Assembly: GCA_963674705.1 (NCBI GenBank) | Contig: OY771506.1 | Location: forward strand, 3,616,001 to 3,680,000 | Reading direction: 5' to 3' | DNA from: Phycisphaeraceae bacterium | GTDB taxonomy: Bacteria; Planctomycetota; Phycisphaerae; Phycisphaerales; Phycisphaeraceae | DNA: 64,000 nucleotides | Part shown: piece after piece, positions 1-8,822 of the stretch | How the letters are laid out: each line of letters starts with the position of its first letter | Position numbering within the stretch: position 1 is the stretch's first letter | Notes under the pieces: model-generated | What the model was told of the DNA's origin: nothing | Database searches by the model: none | Seen by the model: only the letters and a program-made list of their open reading frames with translations | Program-made: the position numbers and the translations under genes

Positions 1-1
1 G

Positions 2-586
2 CACAGGTATGTTGGCTCGTGGTTCAAGGATCAGAGCATATACGACTGGATGGCGACCCGTATCTATCAGGTTAAGAATCCGAGTATCCGGTCATACGAA
101 AAAGCTATGCAGCTCCGCGACAGCGGGGCGGCTGACTGGCAAGACGACGCGGCGGCAATGATCGGGGTCGACCCCGAATTGGCACTAGTCATCAAATTGG
201 AGCTCGACAAGTCATTAAAGCCCGGCCAGCGCGTTGCTCGGTTCAAACAGCAGACCAAACTTAGCCCAAAGACCTATTACCGTCGACGGATTGAGGCCCA
301 GCGAAATACGCCCGGAGGCCATACCAAGCTCGTACCGCCTAAGTTCAAGCTGCCCAAGCCTAAGAACCTGCCTAAGCTGGTTAATGCTCAGCCGCTTTAT
401 GAGGCCGTGCCCTCGCTGGCAGAACGGGCCGACGGGATATACGACATACTCGGTCAAGTTACTAAAAACGAGGGCGAGCGGGCCAAACTGGTTAAGATGC
501 TCGGAACCCGGTCCAAGAAAGCCAAGGCCAAGAAAGCCGCGAAAGCCAATAAGACTAAGGGCAAGGCAGGCAAGAAGAAAAACTAG
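2..586 (+). CDS. 3' part of a hypothetical protein, possibly mobile-element/phage-type, with an HTH-like segment and Lys-rich tail; 5'-truncated
   Basis: The frame is open from position 2 (HRYVGSWFKDQSIYDWMATR...). It contains RVARFKQQTKLSPKTYYRRR (HTH-like) and a KKAKAKKAAK tail, and is followed by an AT-rich tract. Confidence 0.4.
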   Translation, partial: HRYVGSWFKDQSIYDWMATRIYQVKNPSIRSYEKAMQLRDSGAADWQDDAAAMIGVDPELALVIKLELDKSLKPGQRVARFKQQTKLSPKTYYRRRIEAQRNTPGGHTKLVPPKFKLPKPKNLPKLVNAQPLYEAVPSLAERADGIYDILGQVTKNEGERAKLVKMLGTRSKKAKAKKAAKANKTKGKAGKKKN

Positions 587-671
587 GCGGTAGGCGTATT
601 CAGGAATAGGCGACAATATGACAAAAACCTAACAGAGTTGTCGGGGCATTGGAGCGGAATTGCATTTAAAT

Positions 672-802
672 ACAGTTTATAAACTGTCAAATCTGACAGG
701 AATATGACTGTTAAAGCTCGAAAACACGTATGATTCCTGTCAAATAGTAAAATCTATAATATACTGAAAATAAATAAATTATAGAAATTATAAAACTATA
801 TA
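672..802. repeat. AT-rich tract with nested inverted repeats (origin- or operator-like)
   Basis: Perfect palindrome ACAGTTTATAAACTGT at 672-687; CTGTCA-N4-TGACAG at 684-699; TGACAGGAAT (694-703) inverted to ATTCCTGTCA (733-742); an almost pure A/T run at about 743-802. Confidence 0.6.
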
Positions 803-864
803 CTCAAGCCTCTCCCGGGCATTGGCACTTTCTTTAGCAGTATTCCGGACTTACCCGCTGATTC

Positions 865-1710
865 TTAGCGCTTGATCGAGACCGCTCCGCAGGTGCCGGG
901 TGTCTGTGGCTGCTCGCTCCAGATTGTGACGGATGCATCGGCTACTTCGACCTCCAGCAGATAGGCCGGGCCGATGAATTCGCAGCGTTGGATGGTGGCG
1001 TCGGAATCTCCGCACGGGGTGAAACTCAACTGCTCGGGCCGCACGATTTTGCCTTGGAATGTACTTGCCAAACCGGTCGCTTCAGCCACCGCGGCGTTGG
1101 CCGGCTGCCGGTAGACCTCAGCGGCCGGGCCATGCTGTGCGATCTGTCCATCTACCAGCACGGCGGTCTGATCTGCCAGCCGCAGCGCTTCACCGGCGTG
1201 ATGAGTCGCAATTAATACCCCGGCGTTCGTGTCTTTCAGGGCATCTCGGAGCAAGCCGAACAGGTCCTGGCGAGTGGGGCCGTCCAGATGGGCCATCGGT
1301 TCATCTAATAGCAGCCAGGTTGGCTCGATGACCAGCGCCCGGGCGATTGATAGCCGCTGCCGTTCGCCGCCGGACATTTTCTCCGGCCGACGTTTCCGTA
1401 AGTTGGCCAGGTTCATCTGCTCCAGCACACGCTCACGTTGTGGGCGATCCGCGCCGACGAGTTTGAGATGCTGCTCAACTGTCAGGTGTTCCCACAGCCC
1501 CGGCTGTTGGAAGACCATGCCGAGTTTTCCACCATCGTGTTTTATTTGACCGCTGCTGGGTTCCCACAAGCCTGCCAACAGCCAAAGCAGTGTGGTCTTG
1601 CCGCAGCCGCTTGGGCCCAGCAGTGCGCAGACCTGTCCGGTTTGCACTGACAGATTGACATCTTTCAGTACCGAACCGTAGCACAGGGATTCACAGGCCA
1701 GTTCACTCAC
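865..1710 (-). CDS. ABC importer ATP-binding subunit (FbpC/PotA family)
   Basis: Walker A GPSGCGKT, signature MSGGERQR, Walker B LLLDEP. The GTG start at 1710 overlaps the permease stop (GTGA). Confidence 0.9.
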   Translation of the reverse strand: MSELACESLCYGSVLKDVNLSVQTGQVCALLGPSGCGKTTLLWLLAGLWEPSSGQIKHDGGKLGMVFQQPGLWEHLTVEQHLKLVGADRPQRERVLEQMNLANLRKRRPEKMSGGERQRLSIARALVIEPTWLLLDEPMAHLDGPTRQDLFGLLRDALKDTNAGVLIATHHAGEALRLADQTAVLVDGQIAQHGPAAEVYRQPANAAVAEATGLASTFQGKIVRPEQLSFTPCGDSDATIQRCEFIGPAYLLEVEVADASVTIWSEQPQTPGTCGAVSIKR

Positions 1711-3152
1711 GTTCGCCTCCGGGATATCAGCCAAGCGGTCATGATAATGAAAGGCAGCAGCAGCGTAAGCATCGCAAGTGCCGCGGCGCTGACCTGCTGA
1801 TCGGGTGCGGTATGGATCAACGTATACAAACGGACGCCGACTGTACTGGAACCGGCGGGCGCGAGCATCAGCGACGACTCAAGCTCGGTTGCGATCAGCA
1901 AACCAGAAAGCAGTAAGGCGGTAATCAGGGTGCCACGCCACCGGGGCCAATGGATTCGTAAGAGTCGTGATCCGATCGGCACATCATAGACCTGAGCAGC
2001 AATCACGGGCAGAGTCGGCCGCTGTAAACCCGCGATGTACAACATCAACACTACCAGAGGCACAAACCGCACCGCATATGCCGCGTACAATAAAACATCC
2101 GTATCCCGCACCAGCACGATCGGCCAACGCGTAGACAGATCAATCAATCCAAGTGCAAGCATGGATGGCGGCGCTGCCAGGTTGATGAGTATCCACGGTA
2201 TGACTGAACGTTTGCCTGCCTGTTTACGTTCCAGCCAGAGTAACGCCATGGGCCAGGCGATCAACGTACTGATCAACGATCCAATAGCGACCAGCCATAT
2301 CGTGTGCACCAATTCGGTTCGCATCATGCCGAAGCTTTCGACGTAGGCCGACCACGAGCCCGTCCGCCAGATGACAGCACCGAGCGGCACACCAAGCGCT
2401 ACCAGAAGCACAGCCATGCCAGGCAGTCGTGCTGCGCGTGGTGGGGTATTTTCATCTTGCTGGTGACGCGGGCGAATCAGGCCGGCAAGCAACAGCATGC
2501 CGATCACCGCCGGCGCCAGCATGGGTACTGCAAGAGCGGCCGCGCCGTTTAGATTCTGTAACGCGTTGTATTCGATCAAGACCTGTGTGCCGTAGGTATG
2601 GATCAGAAACAGGGACGGCATGATGTGGTCGGCACTACAGAGGATAAACAATACAACGAAACACGCGGACGCCGGTGTGGTCAGCGACATCACGCCCAGC
2701 CACCACCACGCATTGCGCAATTTGAAAACACGTGCGGCAGGCCCCCAGCCGACGCGGTGTGTTGCGAAGATCAACGCGGCCAGGCCCGTATACCGCAATC
2801 CGACCGCCCCGGCAGCGATCGGCCAATCAAAGACAGTAAGCCAGTCACCTAATGGCCCGGTACGACCAAGCGCGACGATCCATGCCGAACCCATCAGTGA
2901 ACTTGGCAACATCATCGGCACACATGCCACGATCGACCAGCCGACACCTATACGCCCGATGAGTAAACCAGCCAGCACGCCGATGATCGATGCAAGGCCG
3001 GCGAACCAGACCGTATCGAGCAACAGTGACCAGATGCGCGTGTCAAAGCCTTCAGATATGACATTCACCGCCGCCACCAATGCCGTGATCAACGGCAGCA
3101 GCAGGGCGATCGTCAATACCCAACCCGCGATCTGCTTCCATTCACTGGTCAA
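1707..3152 (-). CDS. ABC importer permease (FbpB-like, duplicated membrane domain)
   Basis: 481 aa, hydrophobic throughout, with two similar halves; lies between the binding-protein and ATPase genes. Confidence 0.85.
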   Translation of the reverse strand: MTSEWKQIAGWVLTIALLLPLITALVAAVNVISEGFDTRIWSLLLDTVWFAGLASIIGVLAGLLIGRIGVGWSIVACVPMMLPSSLMGSAWIVALGRTGPLGDWLTVFDWPIAAGAVGLRYTGLAALIFATHRVGWGPAARVFKLRNAWWWLGVMSLTTPASACFVVLFILCSADHIMPSLFLIHTYGTQVLIEYNALQNLNGAAALAVPMLAPAVIGMLLLAGLIRPRHQQDENTPPRAARLPGMAVLLVALGVPLGAVIWRTGSWSAYVESFGMMRTELVHTIWLVAIGSLISTLIAWPMALLWLERKQAGKRSVIPWILINLAAPPSMLALGLIDLSTRWPIVLVRDTDVLLYAAYAVRFVPLVVLMLYIAGLQRPTLPVIAAQVYDVPIGSRLLRIHWPRWRGTLITALLLSGLLIATELESSLMLAPAGSSTVGVRLYTLIHTAPDQQVSAAALAMLTLLLPFIIMTAWLISRRRT

Positions 3153-4188
3153 AGCCTACCCGCTTCAACAGGTCTACCGTTGCCTGACGATCACCCGCGG
3201 CGACTTCCGGATCGAACGGCATCGCATCACGGCTGACCATCTCGTCCCAAGGCGTTTCATAAGTCGCCAGATCCTTACCAAGAGGGATCTGGGCGCTGCG
3301 TACCTCGGCTAACAGTTTTTCAACCTCGGCAGACAGCAGGAAGTCAATCAGTTTTTTGGCCTGCTCAGGATGCTTGCAGCCGGCGATCATCGCGACCGTA
3401 TTCGGTATCAGCACGACACCTTGATCCAAATCGGGCACGACCACGGCGACAGGCTTGCCATCCAGAATAGCGCCGTAGGCATCATCAGTATCAGTCAGGC
3501 CAAAGGCTCGCTCACCGTCAGCGACAAGGTCGCGCACCGGGCCGTTGCCTGCAGTAATGGCGGTGCCATTGGCCTTGATCGCATTGAGCCATTGCTCCAG
3601 CTTCTGGTCGCCCCAACTCTGGCGGAGGATGCTCATATGTGTGAACGTGGTGCCGAAGAAAGGCATCCCGATCGCTGCCTTGTCCCGCCACTTCGGATCG
3701 GCCATGTCCTGCATCGAAGAGGGTAGATCATCCGGCTTGACCAGGTTCGTGTTGTAGATATACACACGCGCCCTTGCAGCAAAACCTGTCCACAGGTATT
3801 CAGGATGTTTGAATTGATCGTCAAACCGTGCCGCTGCCGGGCTTTCGTAAGGTTGCAGTAAGTCGGTTTGTGCCAGGTGCTGTGTTTGCACCAGTTCGTT
3901 GTTCCAGAGTACATCACATTCCGGATCGTCTTTTCGAGCAATGATCTGGTTGATCAGCCCGGTCGTCTTGGCGGCCTCCGCATCGTACTTGGCTTTGACC
4001 TTGATCCCGGTTTGTTCTTCGAACAGCTTGAGTATCGGCTCGGAATATACCCTGTCCAGGGCGGTGAAAACCACCACTTCCTCGGCCGGTGCCTCGCTTT
4101 TACTGCACCCGGAAACACATGCCATGACCGTGCAGCAGAGCACAGCCAATACGCTAATAACGATTCGATTTTGCATAACGCTCCACAA
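3142..4188 (-). CDS. ABC substrate-binding lipoprotein, FbpA/FutA (Fe3+/thiamine) family
   Basis: Lipobox-like VSGC; motifs FEEQTGIKV, WTGFAARARVYIYN and AKKLIDFLLS. The start may be 4176. Confidence 0.85.
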   Translation of the reverse strand: MWSVMQNRIVISVLAVLCCTVMACVSGCSKSEAPAEEVVVFTALDRVYSEPILKLFEEQTGIKVKAKYDAEAAKTTGLINQIIARKDDPECDVLWNNELVQTQHLAQTDLLQPYESPAAARFDDQFKHPEYLWTGFAARARVYIYNTNLVKPDDLPSSMQDMADPKWRDKAAIGMPFFGTTFTHMSILRQSWGDQKLEQWLNAIKANGTAITAGNGPVRDLVADGERAFGLTDTDDAYGAILDGKPVAVVVPDLDQGVVLIPNTVAMIAGCKHPEQAKKLIDFLLSAEVEKLLAEVRSAQIPLGKDLATYETPWDEMVSRDAMPFDPEVAAGDRQATVDLLKRVGFDQ

Positions 4189-5269
4189 TGGTCCTTACAT
4201 CCCGCTCGAAGCGGGTCCCGAAAATAGAAACAACCAGGTCTTCCCAGAACGCGTCCTGGTTGGCTAACAGTGTTGCGGTGCCTTGGCCTTCTTTAGCTAT
4301 AGCGGTGAAGTCGCCCAATACACTATTTCGATCCGTAGCCACGTCGATCACGTTGATTGTGCCGTTATATTTTGAGACAAACAGCCTGGCGGCTTTACCG
4401 ACATCTGAACGACCGCCCGGATGTACGGGTGCATCGCCGATCAACACGATGATATTTTTTGCCCTGTTCCGCCAGCCCATCCGCTTATCGATCGCGACAG
4501 CCAGGGCTTCATGGATCGGTTCGGGTTCATCACCACCACCGCTGGTATGCAATTCATCAATAAAAGTACGAACTTCAACAAAGTCGTTTGTTAGAGTCAG
4601 TACTTTGACGGCATCCAGCCCGTAGTCGTCGCCGTAGTCTTTGAATGCGACGACACCGAAACGGATATTACGCGGTGGTTGTCCATCCTTGGTAAGCACG
4701 CCTGTGATGACACCGATCACATCATGCATGCGTTCCTTGGCCTGCTGCATGATCCCGGCCATACTTTCCGTGGCATCGATCACGAACACGACATCCAGGC
4801 CCCGGCCTTGAATCCCGCCGATCATTTCCTGGAAGCCTGGGCTTGTGCCGTCGATCAGTGGATTGTCGCCTTGTCCGGAGTGCTGGGCAGACATCTCGGT
4901 TCTGAGTTCGGAAAGTAGTGCAAGCGCCGGGTCCGTCGCGGATGGATCGGAAAGCTCAGCAAACGATTCGGGCGTAGGTTGTGCCCCAACGGTGGATGCA
5001 AGGTCCGGCGCGGGTAGTGGGGCGGTTGTTGGGCTGGACGTGGTTTGGCTGGTATTTTGTGCGTTCGGCGCGGAACCGCCGGCGGATTCGGATGCCGGAT
5101 CATCGAGCCGACCTACCGGCTCCAGTTGCACCACCGCTTCGATTACGGGCTCCTGCACCGCAGCCAGAACAAAAAATCCGAGCAGCAACATGATCAGCCC
5201 GTGGACCACGAACGATACGATCCATGAGCCGACCTGCTGACCATGATGTGATTTGGCTGTATCACTCAT
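4154..5269 (-). CDS. Membrane-anchored VWA-domain protein with a TonB/TolA-like N-terminal helix
   Basis: TM segment WIVSFVVHGLIMLLLG, then a Ser/Pro/Ala-rich linker, then a VWA domain (LDVVFVIDATESM, GGGDEPE, IVLIGDAPVH). Confidence 0.85.
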   Translation of the reverse strand: MSDTAKSHHGQQVGSWIVSFVVHGLIMLLLGFFVLAAVQEPVIEAVVQLEPVGRLDDPASESAGGSAPNAQNTSQTTSSPTTAPLPAPDLASTVGAQPTPESFAELSDPSATDPALALLSELRTEMSAQHSGQGDNPLIDGTSPGFQEMIGGIQGRGLDVVFVIDATESMAGIMQQAKERMHDVIGVITGVLTKDGQPPRNIRFGVVAFKDYGDDYGLDAVKVLTLTNDFVEVRTFIDELHTSGGGDEPEPIHEALAVAIDKRMGWRNRAKNIIVLIGDAPVHPGGRSDVGKAARLFVSKYNGTINVIDVATDRNSVLGDFTAIAKEGQGTATLLANQDAFWEDLVVSIFGTRFERDVRTIVERYAKSNRY

Positions 5270-5711
5270 GGCTGGGCCTCTCGGTTCGTGAATTCAATGA
5301 TAACTGCTTCATCGGGCTCGCCAGGACAGCGTCCATCCCCGACGCTACCTGCTGTACCGTCAACGTATCGTCTGCATCAATCACGACAGGCACTTTGGGC
5401 AAGTTGATCTGCTTCAGTAGCGCGGTCAACTGTTCGTAGCTGTTATTTTGTATCGCAGTATCGCCGACACGTAAGACAACCGAGCCGTCATTGCCCGGTG
5501 ACATGCGGACCAGTATCGACGCCGGCATGTCTTCGGCCGCAGCGCCTGTCGATTCAGATACATCACGATAGCCCAGGGGCAGGTCTCGCTCGCCGCCATG
5601 AAACCGCACGCTCAGCACAAAGAACGCCAGCAGGATGAACACGACATCCACCATCGCGGAGATCTGGAACAGCTCATCGGATTCTTCTTCGGCGTGGCGG
5701 TCGAACTTCAT
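5262..5711 (-). CDS. ExbD/TolR family protein
   Basis: ISAMVDVVFILLAFF carries the conserved Asp; PVVIDAD motif. The ATG at 5711 overlaps the upstream stop (ATGA). Confidence 0.88.
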   Translation of the reverse strand: MKFDRHAEEESDELFQISAMVDVVFILLAFFVLSVRFHGGERDLPLGYRDVSESTGAAAEDMPASILVRMSPGNDGSVVLRVGDTAIQNNSYEQLTALLKQINLPKVPVVIDADDTLTVQQVASGMDAVLASPMKQLSLNSRTERPSHE

Positions 5712-6154
5712 CGTCTTCGGCCCTCCGTCGCGCGGATCGTTACGATACCCAGGCCGGCCTCCCGGCAAGCATTCAACGCCTGATCCATCACGCCAAACTG
5801 CTGCCGTCCGTCTGCGCGGACAACCGCGTTGATCGCCTGGCCTGCTTCAGCGGCACGCAGTCGTTCAGTTGTAAGTACGTTCGGCAGGTCGTCAATATTT
5901 ACTGCGCGACCGTTCAACGTCACATCGCCATCAACATTGATATTGATCACCAATTCCGCCGGTTGTAGTTCCGATGTCTGGTTGTTCACCATCTCTGGCA
6001 GCAGGATCTTGTCGTCTGTTCTCGCCTGCATCGACTGCATTACCAGCAGGTAGAAGCAGATCAACAGCAGTACGATATCCACAAGCGGCGCCATGCCGAT
6101 CTGTGGCCGACCTTCATCGGCATCACTGGTTGTAAAGCTCAACGCTTTACTCAC
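5708..6154 (-). CDS. ExbD/TolR family protein
   Basis: MAPLVDIVLLLICFYLL, VVRADG and ACREAG motifs. Confidence 0.9.
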   Translation of the reverse strand: MSKALSFTTSDADEGRPQIGMAPLVDIVLLLICFYLLVMQSMQARTDDKILLPEMVNNQTSELQPAELVININVDGDVTLNGRAVNIDDLPNVLTTERLRAAEAGQAINAVVRADGRQQFGVMDQALNACREAGLGIVTIRATEGRRR

Positions 6155-6885
6155 TTCTGCTGCTCCATCTTCCGTGTTTCCAGCACCACGCTCATGAGCC
6201 TGAGCATCTTCTCGCCTGCCGCGGCAGCTTCATTGCCCAGGCGTGTGATCCGGTTGCGGAAAAAGGCGTAGAAGAACATCAAAGGCACCGCAACGACGAG
6301 TCCCATACATGTCGTCACCAGCGCCTGGCTGATTCCCAATGCTAATTCGTCCGGCCGGGCTGCACCTTGTGCTTCTCCCAGCAGCCTGAACGACGCGATC
6401 ATGCCCGTCACCGTTCCGAGCAATCCCAACATCGGTGCGACCGATGCGATCAATCCGATATACCCGATCCGCTCACGCAGCCGCGTTACTTCCATTACGC
6501 CTTGCTGTTCCAGGCCTTCTCGCACCGCGTCGAGACCGAGTCGACCGTCGGATAAACCCGCAGAGATAATGCGTCCCAGCATGCTGTCGTGTGTTTTGCA
6601 GATGGTTAAGACCTCTTCGAAACGACCCTTGCCGGTTAATTCGTGTACCTGGCTGACCAGATTGGCAGGGATAAGTTGCTGCTCCTTGAGGCGGAGGAAC
6701 GCATCTACGACCAATGCCAGGCCGCATAAGCTAAGCAGAATGATCGCGTAACCGACCGGCCCGCCAGCGCGCACCAGGTCAAGCAGCGACCTTTGTGCCG
6801 GCTCGGAGTCGGCGCCCTGGGCATAGAGCCCGGATGCACAAATCAATACGACCAAAGTCGCCACGATAAGGCCGGCTCGTTTCAT
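6151..6885 (-). CDS. MotA/TolQ/ExbB proton-channel protein
   Basis: APMLGLLGTVTGMIASF and GISQALVTTCMGLVVAVP motifs. Confidence 0.93.
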   Translation of the reverse strand: MKRAGLIVATLVVLICASGLYAQGADSEPAQRSLLDLVRAGGPVGYAIILLSLCGLALVVDAFLRLKEQQLIPANLVSQVHELTGKGRFEEVLTICKTHDSMLGRIISAGLSDGRLGLDAVREGLEQQGVMEVTRLRERIGYIGLIASVAPMLGLLGTVTGMIASFRLLGEAQGAARPDELALGISQALVTTCMGLVVAVPLMFFYAFFRNRITRLGNEAAAAGEKMLRLMSVVLETRKMEQQK

Positions 6886-8822
6886 CCATTCAACTCCTTC
6901 TCAAGTGTATTCAACGCATCACTCAACCAGACTCGGCCGTTCACCGGGTATAGCGCTTTGGAAACTCGCAACACATCGCTCGCCGCATCGTTTTGACCCA
7001 ATGCGATATAGGTTCGGGTCAGTAACAGAGTCGCATGCCACCATGTGTCGCTGCCAACGGTGGAATCGCTGCGGGCTTTTCGTGCTTCGATAAGCGTTTG
7101 TTCATTACGGTTCAGTTTAAAGAGGCAACGCCCGCGTTCAAGCGCTGCTTCAGGTGAGTCAATATCCGCCAGCAGTTCCAAGGCTTCATTAACCTGCTCT
7201 AGCTCACGCAGGATGCCTGCCCGCAGGATAATCGCCCGCGGTTGCTTTAAGGATTCCAATATACGAGACGCGTCTCGTCTGGCATCCACGCGCATCATCA
7301 ATTCCGCTGCTTCAAGGGCGATCGCTTCATCATCCGGCGATTGGTTAATCGCAGCCGATGCAAGAGTCATCACCTGTGATTGCGTATCGTCACCGACGTT
7401 GTCAGCATACCGATCAGCCAAGGCAGATGCGACGAGCAACAGCGATCTTGGTGTATTGCTTTCCGGTGAGGCCAAGACCTGTCCGGTCGCCCGGTCGATC
7501 ATACCTAACGCGATCCATCGCCTGGTACGCAGCAGGTTTGCCGCGTCCTGCGTATTGTCTTGTGTGCTGAGTATGTCCCAATACTTTTCAAGCACCGCCA
7601 AGGAACCGCGAGGCTCCTCTACTTGTTCTGCCCGCATTAATGCTGCCGAGGATTTGAGTTCGGGATCATCCACCTCATCCACAACGGCGGACAGTTCGGA
7701 TACGACCTCATCTTTATCGAGTGTATTTGATAACACACGGATACGTGCAAAACGCAGGTACGGATCGCTATGGATAAGTGTTTGTTGGTCTGCAATCACA
7801 TTTACATCGGCATTCAAGCCGGAAAGATAGAACCAGCGACGCAGCGCATCACGACGCAGGTTTTCATCAGCGTCCGATTGCACGATGCTTAAGTATGTCT
7901 TGATCGCCTCATCTCGATAGATTGCTTGATCGGACGGACCGGACTGCTCAGCGACTGCTTCCAGATTGACGGCATAAGCCAGCCGCGTATCTAACGTGGG
8001 ATCGGCTTCTAACGCCTGACGCCAGAGCGCCAGTGATTGGTCGATTCTACCGGTCTGTTGAAGCAATGATGCGTGCAAAGCAGTGGAACCCGGCGGGGGG
8101 TCTTGTTCCAGTGTTTGTAATGCCGCTTCATATTTTTTCACCGCCGCCTGTTCTCGTGCCCAGATGAGTCTCTCGTCCGGGGTCAGCACACCAAGTGAGT
8201 CAAGCAGTTGTAGCCGGTCGTAAGCTGAAACACTTTTTACAACACCCTCACGCCGGGCAAAATCTGCGGCCTTTTCATTTTCGCCCATCGCGGCAAATGC
8301 TCTTGCACGCAGCCAATCGGCAACATCGCCAAGTCCGCCTGCCTCCGCCAGTGCACGCTTCGGATCAATCAGCAGATATGCTTCGGTCGCCTCCAGCTGC
8401 GACAACCTGCGTATGCCGTTGTCCGATCGACTGGAAAGCAGTGGTTCAAGCGCCGCAAGGGCTTCTTCGGGGTTACCGAGTTGTCGATACACGCGCGATT
8501 CGCCGATATAGCCCAGTTGGCCTGCCGGCAGTTGCAGGTAATCCACCCGCATCGCCCGAAATACATCAAGTGCCTGTTGTGCGTAGTCTTTCTCTGGATC
8601 GAGCAATGCCGCTTTGCGAAGCAGTTCGCCTTTCAGAAAAGCATTAGCACATTGTTCATTCGGCGTTTGTGCATTTTCCAGTTCAGCTATCACCGATGAA
8701 ACGACAGCCTGCACGTAAAGTGGATCGGCGTCACCCTCACGCTGCAACATATCCAGCTCCGCTGCGGGATTCGCAATCACGGAAGCCAGCACCAACACCA
8801 GTGTTTTGAGGCTTAATACCAT
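6882..8822 (-). CDS. Exported TPR-like helical repeat protein
   Basis: N-terminal signal peptide; Ala/Leu-rich helical repeats; overlaps both neighbouring genes. Confidence 0.7.
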   Translation of the reverse strand: MVLSLKTLVLVLASVIANPAAELDMLQREGDADPLYVQAVVSSVIAELENAQTPNEQCANAFLKGELLRKAALLDPEKDYAQQALDVFRAMRVDYLQLPAGQLGYIGESRVYRQLGNPEEALAALEPLLSSRSDNGIRRLSQLEATEAYLLIDPKRALAEAGGLGDVADWLRARAFAAMGENEKAADFARREGVVKSVSAYDRLQLLDSLGVLTPDERLIWAREQAAVKKYEAALQTLEQDPPPGSTALHASLLQQTGRIDQSLALWRQALEADPTLDTRLAYAVNLEAVAEQSGPSDQAIYRDEAIKTYLSIVQSDADENLRRDALRRWFYLSGLNADVNVIADQQTLIHSDPYLRFARIRVLSNTLDKDEVVSELSAVVDEVDDPELKSSAALMRAEQVEEPRGSLAVLEKYWDILSTQDNTQDAANLLRTRRWIALGMIDRATGQVLASPESNTPRSLLLVASALADRYADNVGDDTQSQVMTLASAAINQSPDDEAIALEAAELMMRVDARRDASRILESLKQPRAIILRAGILRELEQVNEALELLADIDSPEAALERGRCLFKLNRNEQTLIEARKARSDSTVGSDTWWHATLLLTRTYIALGQNDAASDVLRVSKALYPVNGRVWLSDALNTLEKELNG

